This document shows positions 25,552 through 38,247 of a stretch of DNA of 64,000 bases, piece after piece. The notes under the pieces are model-generated. The model did no database searches and had not been told where the DNA came from. It saw only the letters and a list, made by a program, of their open reading frames with translations. Origin of the DNA: Cycas panzhihuaensis (Eukaryota > Plantae > Cycadophyta). Positions within the stretch are counted from its first letter, which is position 1. Each line of letters opens with the position of its first letter. The position numbers and the translations under genes were made by a program. The stretch is taken from positions 90,093,741 to 90,157,740 of the forward strand of contig CM041465.1 in the NCBI GenBank assembly GCA_023213395.1, read 5' to 3'.

Positions 25552-27905
25552 AGGATTAATCCTCAGTCATATAAATTCACCATGTGATCCAATCCATTTA
25601 AATTTATCAAATTAAATATACATTTTTTTAATGTTTTAGAGATTTTGCTTCTTAAAAACACTAAGAAATCAAAATTAATGTTGCACAAGTATAAAAATCT
25701 GAGTCATCTTCTTCTTCTGTAAAGAAAAAAAATCCGTATAACATCTTTGTAAGCATGACTTTCATTGATCGATTGTATCAATCATGTCTTTTGCATGTGA
25801 ATGTAAATTAGTCTACATTTAGATTACACTCATCTCTACATAATCAAATATTAATCTAATTAGTTTATCTTTAGTTTCGGTTGGGGTTTCTTTGTGATTA
25901 TGGGATTTAAGCCATGGTGATTTATTCCTTATGGAATATACCCTTCTACAGCAGTAAATCAAGCTATAGGGGTGATTCAACCAATCAGGCATCCTCTTCC
26001 TATGTATTTTCGGACTTTGCCTAGGGTTGTGACTAGAGTAGTAGATCTGTTGTCTCTTATATGGTGTACCATAGGCGACTAACAGCTAGTTAATCTCCAT
26101 AGGTATCAAGTTTGATAGTGACCTCTATGGCATGGTCTATAGGTTATGACGAGTTGCTTGGGCAATAAGGAGTATGGCCTCCAAAAACCACTCTTTTATT
26201 CTAAATAGAAAACAATAATAGTTGAATGGGATTAGGTCCACCTGACTTGATTTCATATCTTTGGCTCCTTTTACCTAATACTAAATATTATGATGTCTAT
26301 GCAATTGAGTGGTTGTGATGTGGTCTCTACAACTATGGAGATTTTCTCTATTTCTTCCTAGGGTTTTTGTGACCCAAGATATAGAATTGGCTTAGTTATA
26401 TTCTATGGATTATGGTTTATCTCATGTGCAATGGCATATATGCCATTCATGGCAGGGTTTCATTTTATTATTAGATGTCTGCTTTTGCCATTTTAGCTTA
26501 GCACATGTGTAGTTTGTACACAATCAATAAAACATAGAAATCCCCCATAATAAATTTCATGTCAAAAACCATCAAATAATTTGTTCATATATATATGGCA
26601 TAAACTAATTCAAAGTAGCCCATCATTATATCAATCACTAGCCATTGTAGAAAATTCTTTCTTATGCCCTTATTATTTTTCATATTCATCAATTTGACAA
26701 AATCACAGCTATATAATAAAATTAAGCTATTGTAAAAATCTTTCTTATGCTTCCATAAATAATTCATGCCATATACATCAAATTCATCGATATATATGTA
26801 AATCATCTATATCAGTTGTTGTAATAAAATAATCAACCCTTGCATATATTTCATATGTCAAGATCATCATATCAAGTCACTTAAATATAAGTTCACATAC
26901 CTTTCATACTATCATTAAGACACATATCAACAAGCTATTGTACAAACTTGTTACATGTTTAGTGTATATTGATGGGGTGTCCTCATTCTAGTAGTGAATC
27001 TCATTATGAGACACTTGCAAATGCCTCTAGAATGGTCCATGAGTGATAGTAAATCCATTAATAGACACTCGCAAAAGCCTTCACTATGAACAAAATATAA
27101 TATCATGGTGAAGGCTGTGAATACCTACATGCTTCTAGAATATAGGGTCCAACATGAATAAATAAATGATAGTCCATAATAAAAATCACAAATTAACATA
27201 CCATCAATATATATTGTATCTCCTTTATACGACTTAACCGGCTTCATGTGCACTGTAATTAGTCATGTATGTCACTAGTATATGCATATTTTGGCTCATT
27301 AAAAAATACCTCATATTTGGCTCTTATCATAGGCTCGATAGGCTTGTTGTTGCACAAATACCATGTTAACATAAGTACTAAAATTGTTCTAATACCATGT
27401 CAAATGCGCACTAAAATTAGTCTAATACCATAACAAAATATATGTGGAATATTAAACTTAGCTCCAATTCCATAAGATAATAAGATGCAATAATAATGAA
27501 GAAATATAAACTCATGAGTATATACACATAGTGAATTAACTAACATAACTATCAAACATCAAATATATAAAGCAAGCACCACAAGATAGACACCAAGATT
27601 TATATGTGAAAATCCATTGTGGTAAAAACCATGGGAGAAGGTGGAGTTAGGATCCTACTTATGATCATAAGATTTACATCTTCTCCTCTCCTTACTCTAT
27701 CCTTTCTCAAGTTCACAAGTGATGAGTATACATATATATAGTAAGATCACCTCGTGATTAGTTTATCAAATATAATGAGTATTTACATCATCCAATAAAG
27801 AGATAACATGGATATGTATGCAACTCACATATCTCGATGTAAATAAATGGTCGGAAGTGTATGTGTACAAAAAACCCACATTAAACATTATGTTGTAATA
27901 GAAAT

Positions 27906-30900
27906 GTCCTCTTTGGATAGTTCTCCTAGCTTGAATCCAGCATGAGGAAGGGAAGTTAAAAAGATCAAGATGATCACTACTATCTCTCTTTCAACTAAGG
28001 TAATTGTTTAGGATGATACCATGCCTTCTTTTATTCATGTATCTCCTCCACCAAACCTTCTTATAACTGATAAGTCCAACTTTTATCAAATTGTATAAAT
28101 GGATTGGGAGTTTCTAATTCATGTTGGTCACTCACCCCATGTTTTAACAATCATAAATGTGCTCATAGACCAAGAACTCATTATCCTTATAAAGATAACT
28201 CCTCCAAATATGTCTCATCATCTCCCCTCTCAACTTAAAGGCTCTATCCTTAAAGATCTCTTACATCTTGATCACTTTGAGAATGATGAAGCAATTATCT
28301 AACACTTAGCTAGAAACATGCCTAATCTACCACCTAATCATCACAAGTTTAGCTTTACTAAGAACTTGCATCCTTATTCAATCCTAATTACCTTTGATTA
28401 ACCCTCATAAGACTCTCCATCCTTCACAAGTCCTACTTCAAGGAAGGAAATTCTATGTTTGTTAGTGAAACAATGGGCATTGATTTAAAAATCAATGATA
28501 CACTAAGAATCATCAAGGTGGGGATGGATTGTTGATTAAAAGAGGTTAAACAACTTAAGGGACATTTTTAAGAGTTTATGTCAGTTTTTGCTTATGAGTA
28601 CAATAATATGTAGGGTTTTTACCTTAATATGGTCCATAATATCACTATAATACCAAGGGCCAAACCCAAGAGGAAAAGGTAATAAGCCATTTACCCTCAT
28701 CTATCTACTACCATTAAGTAAGAGGTTGAGAAACTATTAAAAGCAGGTTTTATTAAAAGCATTGATTGCTCACAGTGCATGTCCAATATTATCCCTATTA
28801 CTTAAAAGAATGGATTGATTTGGATATGTATTGACTTCATGATATTAATGATGCTTGCCTAAAGGATAATTTTCCTCTTCCATTCCTTGATTAAATTTGG
28901 AATCAAATGGCTAGTTTTATGGTCATGTCTCTCATGGATGATTTCTTAGGACACAATCAAATTCTTATCTTACCTTAGGACTATTATAAGACAACTTTCA
29001 TAACTCCATGGGGGACATTCGCCTATAAGATTATGCCATTTGGCTTGAAAAATATCGAAACCACCTACTAGCAGGCAATGGTATTCATATTCCATGATCA
29101 AAATAGAGTTATAATTACCATCTATCTCAATGACATGCTTGCCCTATCTCATTATAAAAAAGACCATATTCAAGACTTGAGAATAATCTTTGAGCAATGT
29201 AGAAAGTATCATCTTTATCCCAATCCTACCAAATATGTCTTTGTCATTACTTTAGGTAAAATTCTAGGAAGCATAGTTTCTCAGGATGGTATTAGTGTGG
29301 ACATTGAAAAAGTAAGGGTTATCATTGAAATGCCACCTCCATAAAATCAAAAACAAGTAAAATCTTTTCTTGGCAAGCTAGGTTTCCTACAAAAGTTCAT
29401 TATAGATTTTGCATTGAATGATAAGCCTCTTATGGATCTTCTTAAGAAAGAGGCTTCTTTGAAATGGACCATGCCCACCCAAGAATCTTTTAATAAATTA
29501 AAGTAGGCCTTGGTTTTAGCTCATGTATTTGCTCCTTTGATCTTTGTCAACACCTTTATTCTATATACATCTTCCATCAAAGAATCCCTTGGGGGTATGC
29601 TTGTCCAAGAGGATTAATTTAGTAAAGGAGTGACTTATTTATTTTATAAGTAGAACTCTCTTTGTGACCAAACTTAACTATTCTACTTCTAAGAAAGAAT
29701 GTTTATACTTGGTCTTTGCCACTAAGAAGCTACATCATTATCTTCTTAGTAATACTACTTTTGTAATTATTCAATTTGACTATATTCACTTCTTGCTCAT
29801 CAAGAGTGATCTTACAAGGTAAGTAGGCACTCCTATTGCAAGACTTTGACCTTCAAATTATTAATTGTAGATAAAAAAAAAGGGTATGGTAGTTATTGAA
29901 ATGATGATTGAAGCACTATTACTTAATCTTACTACTAATTTAACTATTGATGGTAGGATCCTTAATGAGTACATCTTTTAAGTAGATGTTGTACCCCTAG
30001 GAGGTGAATGGTAAAAAGAGATCAAGTCTTACCTCATAGATTAGACCTTTTTTCTTGGTGGTTCTTTTAAAGAAAGGAAACAAATTAGGGCTACTACATT
30101 TCAATATATACTTCTTAAAGATGTCCTTTACAAGCCATCCTTTGATGGAGTTTTGTTAAGATGTCTTTCACCTTTTAAGGCTCAAATTACCTTAAAAGAG
30201 TGTCATAATGGCATATGTAGGGCCCACTTTAGTAGTCAGTCTACAACTTAATGTATCCTTCGAATGGGATACTATTAGATGACTCTATTTAAAGATGCCT
30301 ATGCATATGTTTAAAAATGTAACAAGTGCAAAGTACATGCCACATTAATCCACCAACCTACTTAACCTCTCAAATCTATTATATAACCTTGGCCCTTTTC
30401 CCAATGGGGGTTTGATCTCACTAGCCAAATCTACCCTCCATTCTCAAGTGGCCATAAATTCATTCTGACTGCTATAGAGTACTTTACCAAGTGGAGCAAG
30501 GTTATACCATTGATTTTTATAATTAGATAAATCATTGTAACATTTATCTTCCAACATCTCATCTATTGATTTAGAGTTCATAATGTTATCATCATCAATA
30601 ATGGAACTTCCTCCTGTGACACACAAGTAGTTAAATTATACAAGAAATTCTACATAGCTAATCGCTTGTCAGCACCTTATCATCCTCAGGCCAATGGCCA
30701 AGTCAAAGCCATTAATAAAACCCTAGCTAAGATCTTGGCCAAGAGCATGGCTAGCTCCCACTGAGATTAGCATATTCAACTCTTTTTGGTATTATGGGCA
30801 TATCAAACCTCTATTAGGAATGCAACTAGGGTGATATTATTTTCTCTAGTCTATGGCTTTGAAGTTATTCTACCCCTTGAGGTAGAAATTCCATCTTTAA

Positions 30901-31255
30901 GTGTTTCCTTAAATAATTCACTAATGAAGAATGGCAAAGGGGGGTACAATTATTAGAATTAGAGAAAATGGATGAAACATGGTTGTCTAGTCTTCAGAGT
31001 AATCTAGCTTACAAAACCAAAGCTCAAATAGTCCATGATAGGTAGTTACAACCTCATAAATTTTGTATTAGTGATACGATGCTCAATCTTGAGTACCTTC
31101 ATGATAAGTAGTAAAAATTTTCTCCTAAGTGGATAGGACCTTACTTGGTCATTGAAGATCTTGAGAATGGTGCCTATTGTATTTCTAACCTTAATGGCCT
31201 TATGCTATAAAATCCTATTGATTCATAACTTTTACAAAAAAATCTATGCCTTAAA
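27906..31255 (+). pseudogene. Tat pol: reverse transcriptase, RNase H, integrase with GPY/F tail (degenerate)
   Basis: KDNFPLP, TPWGTFAYKIMPFGLKN, IYLNDML (YxDD) at 28860-29140; RH 29550-29850; INT PWPFSQWGFDL (~30385-30420), YHPQANGQVKAINK (~30680-30720); FSPKWIGPY (~31120-31145). Confidence 0.93.
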
Positions 31256-32601
31256 AAGAGTACATATACCCTCTACAATGAGGATAAACTATGACTTTCA
31301 AAGCCTCACTGTCTAATGAGCCTACACTATGGTTAGTTAGTTCACTCCTTCTCTCCTAAGACATTATTTCAACATAAGACTCCTCTTTCATTATTTCATC
31401 TTCTTGATTGAGCTTGGTGCCTTCTTGTGCACAAATATCACTCCCAACAATCATGTAAGACTATTGTCCAATCATGGAGCATAGGAATTACTTGTTAGGC
31501 ATGCATGCATGCATCTCATTTGGTTTAACTAAAGAAATTCTAACTTGTTCTCATCTCTTATTCTTCCCTCCTAAGCTTTATACTTGGGAGGGCAAAAGGT
31601 CCCTACCTTTATTTACTAGTATGATGACTTGATATAAGTCTAAATAGTCAACTTCTTAGTTATATGAGGTATCCAACTTTCTAGTCTTTCACCAACAACT
31701 TTTGTTCTTGAGTTATCTTTTTCTCATGCTATCTTACACTTTTTTAATAGTTTTCCTTGCAAGCCAATAGACACTTTTAATTCTCTACTCTCACTTGTTT
31801 GATTATTTATTCTCCTATGCTATGATGGTTTCCTGTTTTGCATCTCATCTACTCCCTTAAAGCTTATTGCTCATTCTATCATCATCCCTTAATACTTAGA
31901 GGCACTTTAGTTTAGAGATCCTTCTAGCTCCCATAGGTTTGGCCTTATTATCATTTGAGAAATGTTGATTCTTTATGGCTAGGTTAATTATTGAGTACCT
32001 AAGTCCATTCATTCCTCTCTTTCATCATACTTCAATAAAAATCACATGATGATTGTAGTTGAATCGATGATATAGAAAGCAGGTTTAGCAATGCTTAATT
32101 CACCATGATCCTCACCCAAACCATCATATGGTATGATCTAAGATAGTAGTATTAAAAAATAATTTTGAAAAAAAGAAAAAAGAGATAGAAAAGAGAAAAG
32201 AAACAAAAAAGGAAAAAAAGAAGAACAAGAAAGATAACCCCTTTGTATATATATTGCCTACCATTTTAGTATCTAGAGTAAGTCGAGTGATGACTCCATC
32301 TTAACTTGCAATAATACAGTTTAAGTCCATTAGGGTGTATTGTTTAGGACCTTTGGATCCAATTTATTGGGCCCATTGTACCCTCAATTGTAATTAAAAC
32401 CAATTTGGTATCTAATAACCTTACCTTTATTTATGTCTAGGAGGTGCCCTCTTAATGAAGAAACTAAACCACAATTCTATCTCCTTCTCATACTATAGTC
32501 AAAACCAAGTCTCTTGTATAGCACCATATCCTCATAAGTTAATCCCCACACCATCCCTATATCTATTATTTTATCTTTAAGTTTGTTCCCTCTTTACCAT
32601 A

Positions 32602-32985
32602 CCATTTAACATACATACTAATGGGGTTAGTTAAGGCAACCTAGGGCCATCTACTACTACATGGGTTGTTCATGACCAAGCTAGTAATATGTTAACTTCT
32701 AGTGGCATTTTCCTACATCAAGAAACCAACAACAAAGCTAAATATATTGTTGTTATAAGATCAATTCCATGACGAACCTATTAATCTTTTCTTTGATTCC
32801 CAAGTTATAGTCTTTTAACTTGTTGGTGCTTATCATGTTCATTCACCTCACCTATACTCTTTTCATGCTCATGCTATGTCATTATTATCTTGCTTCCCAT
32901 CTATTACAATCGAACACATTCCATGTAGTTAAAATATTGAAGTTAAATTTCTAGTATTTCATATTCTAGAACACTATTTCTCCTA
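32602..32985 (+). pseudogene. Archaeal-type additional RNase H (aRH), as a separate ORF downstream of integrase
   Basis: HTNGVS*GNLGPSTTTWVVHD..QETNNKAKY..LFFDSQVIV..LVGAYHV..IEHIPCS*NIEVKFL, a decayed form of DGAS.GNPG / TNN.AEY / DS / HIPR..N..AD.LA. Confidence 0.9.
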
Positions 32986-33182
32986 GCTCCATTACTCTAA
33001 GTTGGGGGCAACACTTTGTAATGAGTATAAATTAGTTATTCACTCAGTAATGAGTATAAACTAACTGAACACTCTATAATAAATATAAACTAATTAAATA
33101 ATTTATGATAAGTATAAATTGATTGTATAGTCCATCATGAGTATAAATTAAGGTGTAAATAATATAACACAAAAATTTTATG

Positions 33183-33194
33183 TATGTATGTATG

Positions 33195-33254
<60 letters not shown>
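33183..33254. repeat. (TATG)n-(TA)n microsatellite
   Basis: Directly visible. Confidence 0.95.
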
Positions 33255-33257
<3 letters not shown>

Positions 33258-33849
33258 TATTTTAAACATAAAAACCATACACATATCTCTGAGTCCATAC
33301 ATGTGTCTTTACCATAGGGGCAATGGGGGAAGAAACGTTAGAGACAATCATGTTTTGCACATTTATAGAAAAAAAATGGTGATATGATGTAGATACAAAT
33401 ACGGAAAATCATATGATATATATTTCATAAGTACAATATCATAGTCTTGTAGCTTCCGTAGGCACGTATAAATGCTCATAAGTGAGATCATATAGTCATA
33501 CCTCTATGCCCATGGAATGGACTTATGCCCCTCCCCTCTCATGCCTCTCCTCCCATGATAGTAATCAGGCTGGTCTCGATTGCTAAGAGTTCTTATGTCC
33601 TCCCTCTTAGTGATAAGGCTAAGTGTGAGATCTCTCCCTTCTATGAGAGTTATGTCTAACCTATTGGATGTTTTAGCTAGCTAAAAGAGTCACATGTCCA
33701 CCACCCTAACAAATGGTCATCTTATAAAGGTGTTGCCTCTTATCCTCTTCAACCTTCAATTATGCCTCTAAACCCCTCATATCAACCCCCTACACTAGTA
33801 ATCATGCCTCCAACTCTCAATATATATCTCGAGCTCTAATAATAGGTGC

Positions 33850-35280
33850 AAAGAATTGAGTGTGAGGACCCAGTAGCTCAAGATCTCCCTCTTACCAATT
33901 GAAGGCTTACCTAGGTTGTAAACAAATGGTAGCAGGCCATCAAGAGTCCTCCTCATTATGGACACTAATCACCTCCTCAGCTTCCATAATAAACATGTAT
34001 TAGTTAGTCATCTTTCAAAATGTATTGAAATAATTAAAAGTAAAGAGTCATGAAATAAGTACATGAATACGAACTAAGTAAACTTAACAAGCAAAAATAA
34101 TCAACTATAATTACCTATTGGGCATGGTCTTATTACATCAACTCCTAGGTTGGGAACCCATACCGCTCCCTACTCTCTTATTGTTACTTTTGGACCTCCT
34201 TATTGGTCCACCTCCATGGCATCACTATGTAGAGCAACTCCTACTATTGCTACTAGTACCTTTGCTTACCTAGTAGCTTACTCTCCACCCCCTCTACCAT
34301 CATCTTGTTCCTGTCCTAAAGGAATCACTCCCTATGTTGGCATAGCACCACCTACCACTACACATACTTCCCATATATCTTGTGTTATAATGTCAGTTAC
34401 TACCTTTGCTCCTGTACCCCTATATAGAGGTGGTGGTCCCTCTATTATAGCTCTCTTGGTCCTGTCAACCTCATCATCTAACCACACTATCATCTTATCA
34501 TATAGATAAGGAACTAATCAATTCCTCATCATTCTACTAAGATAAGGACTCTATGTATTCCCTGCCACTACCTCCCACCTATCACACACTTATAATTACA
34601 TGTCTTATCAGTTTATCTCTAGGTCCATAATACTCAATCCTCTAGGTTGGCTTGTTAGTCTCTTTAAGAGAACATGATTATAGAGTGAACACATTAAATT
34701 AGTGCTTTAAGAGAAACCCTCATGTCCCTATTGGTGAATACAAGTTAGTTATTAAGCCATACTATCAACAATAAAACTACCCCAATCCTTCCTAGTGTCT
34801 GCCTCACATTAATAGATAACACTCACCCATATAGTTGGTACACCTATGAAGTTCTAAATCTCAATAACTTGAAGTACAATAATGTAAGCTAACACTTTTT
34901 TAAGTGTTAGAATCCCATTTGCCTCCCTCATCACCTTAAGGGAAATCTTATGTACTTCAAAGTGTCCAACTTCTCTGGTCATGTATGTATTATAGGCTTG
35001 TTGAGCCTTCTCCTCCACTACCTGACTTAATTGGATCTCTACACCATGCCAACTCACTCCTAAGATCCTCTTAGCATCCCTCATAGTGATCCTAATAGCA
35101 CCCATCCCTCGTACCTTGAATATTCATTCTCCAAGGACCCATAAACTAACGAAATCATCAAGCAACCCATACTCCATCACCAAATAAATAGAATAACTAG
35201 CCCTAGCTAACCCATACTATCTCAAAAGTAGCCATTTAATAACTATTAATGATCTTAGAAATGGCTTTATGGCCCATCCC
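33850..35280 (-). pseudogene. Antisense accessory gene, plant mobile domain (PMD)-like, probably spliced
   Basis: EYGLLDDFVSLWVLGE*IFKVRGMGAIRITMRDAKRILGVSWHG..VLAYII..DWGSFIVDSM resembles PMD LL.ALVERW..TF..GE.TITL.DV..ILGLP..G / WG.AVL; minus-strand donor-like sites AG|GTAATT (~34116) and AG|GTAAGC (~33910). Confidence 0.65.
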
Positions 35281-36046
35281 TCATTCTTTTAATCTAATCG
35301 ACTATAAAATACAAGTTATAACTCATAATTAGTCCTAAGAAGTAATAAAAAAAAAATTTATGGTTCAATAAAAAATGTGATAGCATAGTGAAAAAACATA
35401 ATAACTTAGACAAAAATATAAAAAGCTAGGTAAAAATATAATAAGCTAACCAAAAATATGATTTTACAAATTGACCATTTATGTTCTTGTATTTTTAATA
35501 GGCAATTCATATTTTTAGCGATTACTACCATGTTTAGGGGGGGAAACTAAAAATAAATAATTTTTTTTCAATTAAAAGCTTATTGGATATTGTACCCCTT
35601 AATACATCCTCACTCATTGAATTTGATGGTATCATTTGACTTGTAAAATAGCTCTTCAAACCCACATAATCGTGATCTTAACTACAGAAAGGGCTCTGGA
35701 TTCCAACTCTCGCACATTAAAATGAATTGTAATAGAACTATATTTTCTTATAAAATGACCCTCCCTTGATGACAATTAGGTCCTCTATGACCTTATTTTT
35801 CTAATGTTTTCATCACACATGAAGTCAAGCTTATACATTCTAGCATCCCATCGAGCTTTCTTATTGCATTTTGAAATGTTTTTTTTTATCATTATTATGT
35901 TGAGGTAGATCCAAAATCGAGCCCACAGATGGACTTCACCTAACCTATCCATGTTTATACTCTATCAAGTCAGTTTCTTACTCATATTTTAAGTTTCACC
36001 TCCTTTTTGGCCCTTGAGCATCCCTTGATTTCAAACACCTCTAAAA

Positions 36047-36246
36047 CACTACTAATGAGGTTAAACGATGGCAACCATACCTTTGAAGCACTACTAATGA
36101 GGTCAAACTATGGAAGCCATATCTCTGAAGCACTACTAATGAGGTTAAACTATGGTAGTCGCACCTTTAAGAATAGTTGTTGAAGAGGCTAAACTATGAT
36201 AACCATCCCTCCAAAATCCCATATTAATGAGATAAAAAAATGATGG
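36047..36246. repeat. ~42-bp tandem repeat, 4-5 copies, in the Tat 3' region
   Basis: Unit cactactaatgaggttaaactatggcaaccatacctttgaag with progressive decay. Confidence 0.9.
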
Positions 36247-38247
36247 GCAATTTAATAGCAAGTTTGAGTTTAAAGCATGATTACACTAAGGGCTTTCTTA
36301 AGCCATCCCTATTCAATTCTAATAGGATTTTCTCCACCACTTTCACATACTAAAAGCTCATCATCTAATATTTCCTTTGCTTATAGCTTAAGAAATAAAC
36401 TTAAGACATTTAAGTTTAACTATATTCAACCCTAAAAATCAAGTTGCTACCATCCATCATCTTGTTATCTCCTACAAGTAATACTTTTTGGTGACAAGGG
36501 GCCCAATGTTTCACTATGACCAATCCTTTTTGGTATGATTAAGTTTATATCTTGGTTTGTTTCCTTAAGTCACTCACTAGATAAGGTTTATATTCATTCA
36601 AATCATACCATTTAGTTCTACTTTGGTTATTGTTTGATAGGGAGAGCTTTGGTTAGGACATGTTAAGTATTTCTTACTTTGTTTGAAGTTGTGAGATTTG
36701 AAGAATTACTAATTAGATGGTCAATTGTGTGTGATTCTGATGATCATTATTTTTTTATGGTTAAAACTAAGACATGATTTTATATTGTTGTTTAAAATGG
36801 TCTATAAATCTATTCCAAGTTTTGCCCTTTTATTCTTTTTTATAAATGTTATCAAGTTTACGATCAATTTTTATCTTATTTTCACCATCATTTGATGTTT
36901 TCTTTTCTTAATCTAGTCTATATTAAAGTTAATACTACTTTTAAAAGGCCAAATAAACTTATTATGTCATTTTTAGTTTCTTTCTTTTTTTTGTTTATTT
37001 TGGCCTTTCTAGACTATTATATTTTTGGTATTACTAAAAATATAATTATATAAATAAAATATGGAAGACTCTTGTATTTTACATTTTATTTGTATTCTCA
37101 CATTTTTTTTTATTACTAATGCCATATTTTTAGTTTTTTATGACATTTTTTATTATCATGTCTGTAAATTAAAAAGCAAAATGCAGAAATCCTACCAATT
37201 TCGATTTGATTTTAACCTAAATTTATAGGCTAGCACCATCTCACCTATATTAACTCATCCATGCTAATTACACCTTCTCTCATACAAGAGTTAGTTAATA
37301 AAAATTAGCCAAACCATGGGCAGAAACCATGGTTTTGGCCTTCATCCTCCTCCTCTTCTTTTTCTATAAATTCCTATTCAATTTTTATTGGAGAGAGGGT
37401 TTAATTCATGGAGTAGTACATAGAAGAAAATCATAAATTCTTTATGAATAAGCAATTACAAATGCACCAAATATGACATGTGGAAAACACCCTACTAGAG
37501 ATTAAAAACCATCTCTTAAATAAGTAAATATTATTATAATAAAGAAGATGATACAATGGAAATGGTTAAGGATCTCATCCTCCCTATCTTACCTCATGAA
37601 CCTAACCAGACTATCTATCCTTTAAGCAATTTAACCTAAGCATGTATGGGCTAAATCCAACCAACCAACTAACCATGCTTGAAGGATTTTCAAATAGATA
37701 TTTGAGAGAAGTTCATTGAAATATATGGTTGTCCATTTCACCGAACTTTTAATAATAACATTAACTTTAATAATTAAATAAATACATAGATAATAGTTAA
37801 TATTAGGGTTAATAATATTTCTAACATCCACCTTTAATGTTAACTTTATACAATAGTAGATATATAGAAGATAGAGAAGAAAGAAAAAAAGATAAAGAAG
37901 ATAATGAAGGCTTCAATATGGTAATCCCCCTTTAATGAAGACCTCGTTAATCTTTAACAATTATGGTAGCTTTATAAACATAACTTCAGTCAATGGCTTT
38001 ATTAGGATGTCGATAATCTATAAATCTTTAGGATAATAAAATAAATTAATAGGATTATCATTTATAAGATTATAAATAAAATACTAATATAATTCTATAT
38101 GCTTAATTCTAGAATGCACAATAGGATTAATAGTTATAGATATTACACCTTGATTGTTAATATTAATTCGAATGGAAGAGTTAAGAAACAAACCAAACTC
38201 ACTTAATAGAGATTTAATCTAAAGTGATTCTTTACTAGCTTCTACCT

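Larger units (their letters stand above)
19532..27900 (-). mobile_element. Non-autonomous Ty1/copia element A (LTRs 19532-20029 and ~27398-27900) with a tandem PBS array
   Basis: LTR pair; reverse-complement PPT tcccccc 20030-20036; three PBS copies in 27352-27430; TSD aaaat/gaaat; gag remnant LWKHKKDFY..KLMNMK (ORF 26585-26806); Tat pol resumes after 27905. Confidence 0.88.

Noticed and set aside
27352-27430. CRISPR-like repeat-spacer array (also 36047-36246)
   Set aside because: The 'spacers' are homologous to each other, the repeat is a tRNA-Met PBS or minisatellite, no cas genes are present, and the context is eukaryotic.
34150-34509. 119-aa plus-strand Pro/Thr-rich ORF
   Set aside because: It is the complement of the purine-rich antisense accessory gene and has no independent support.
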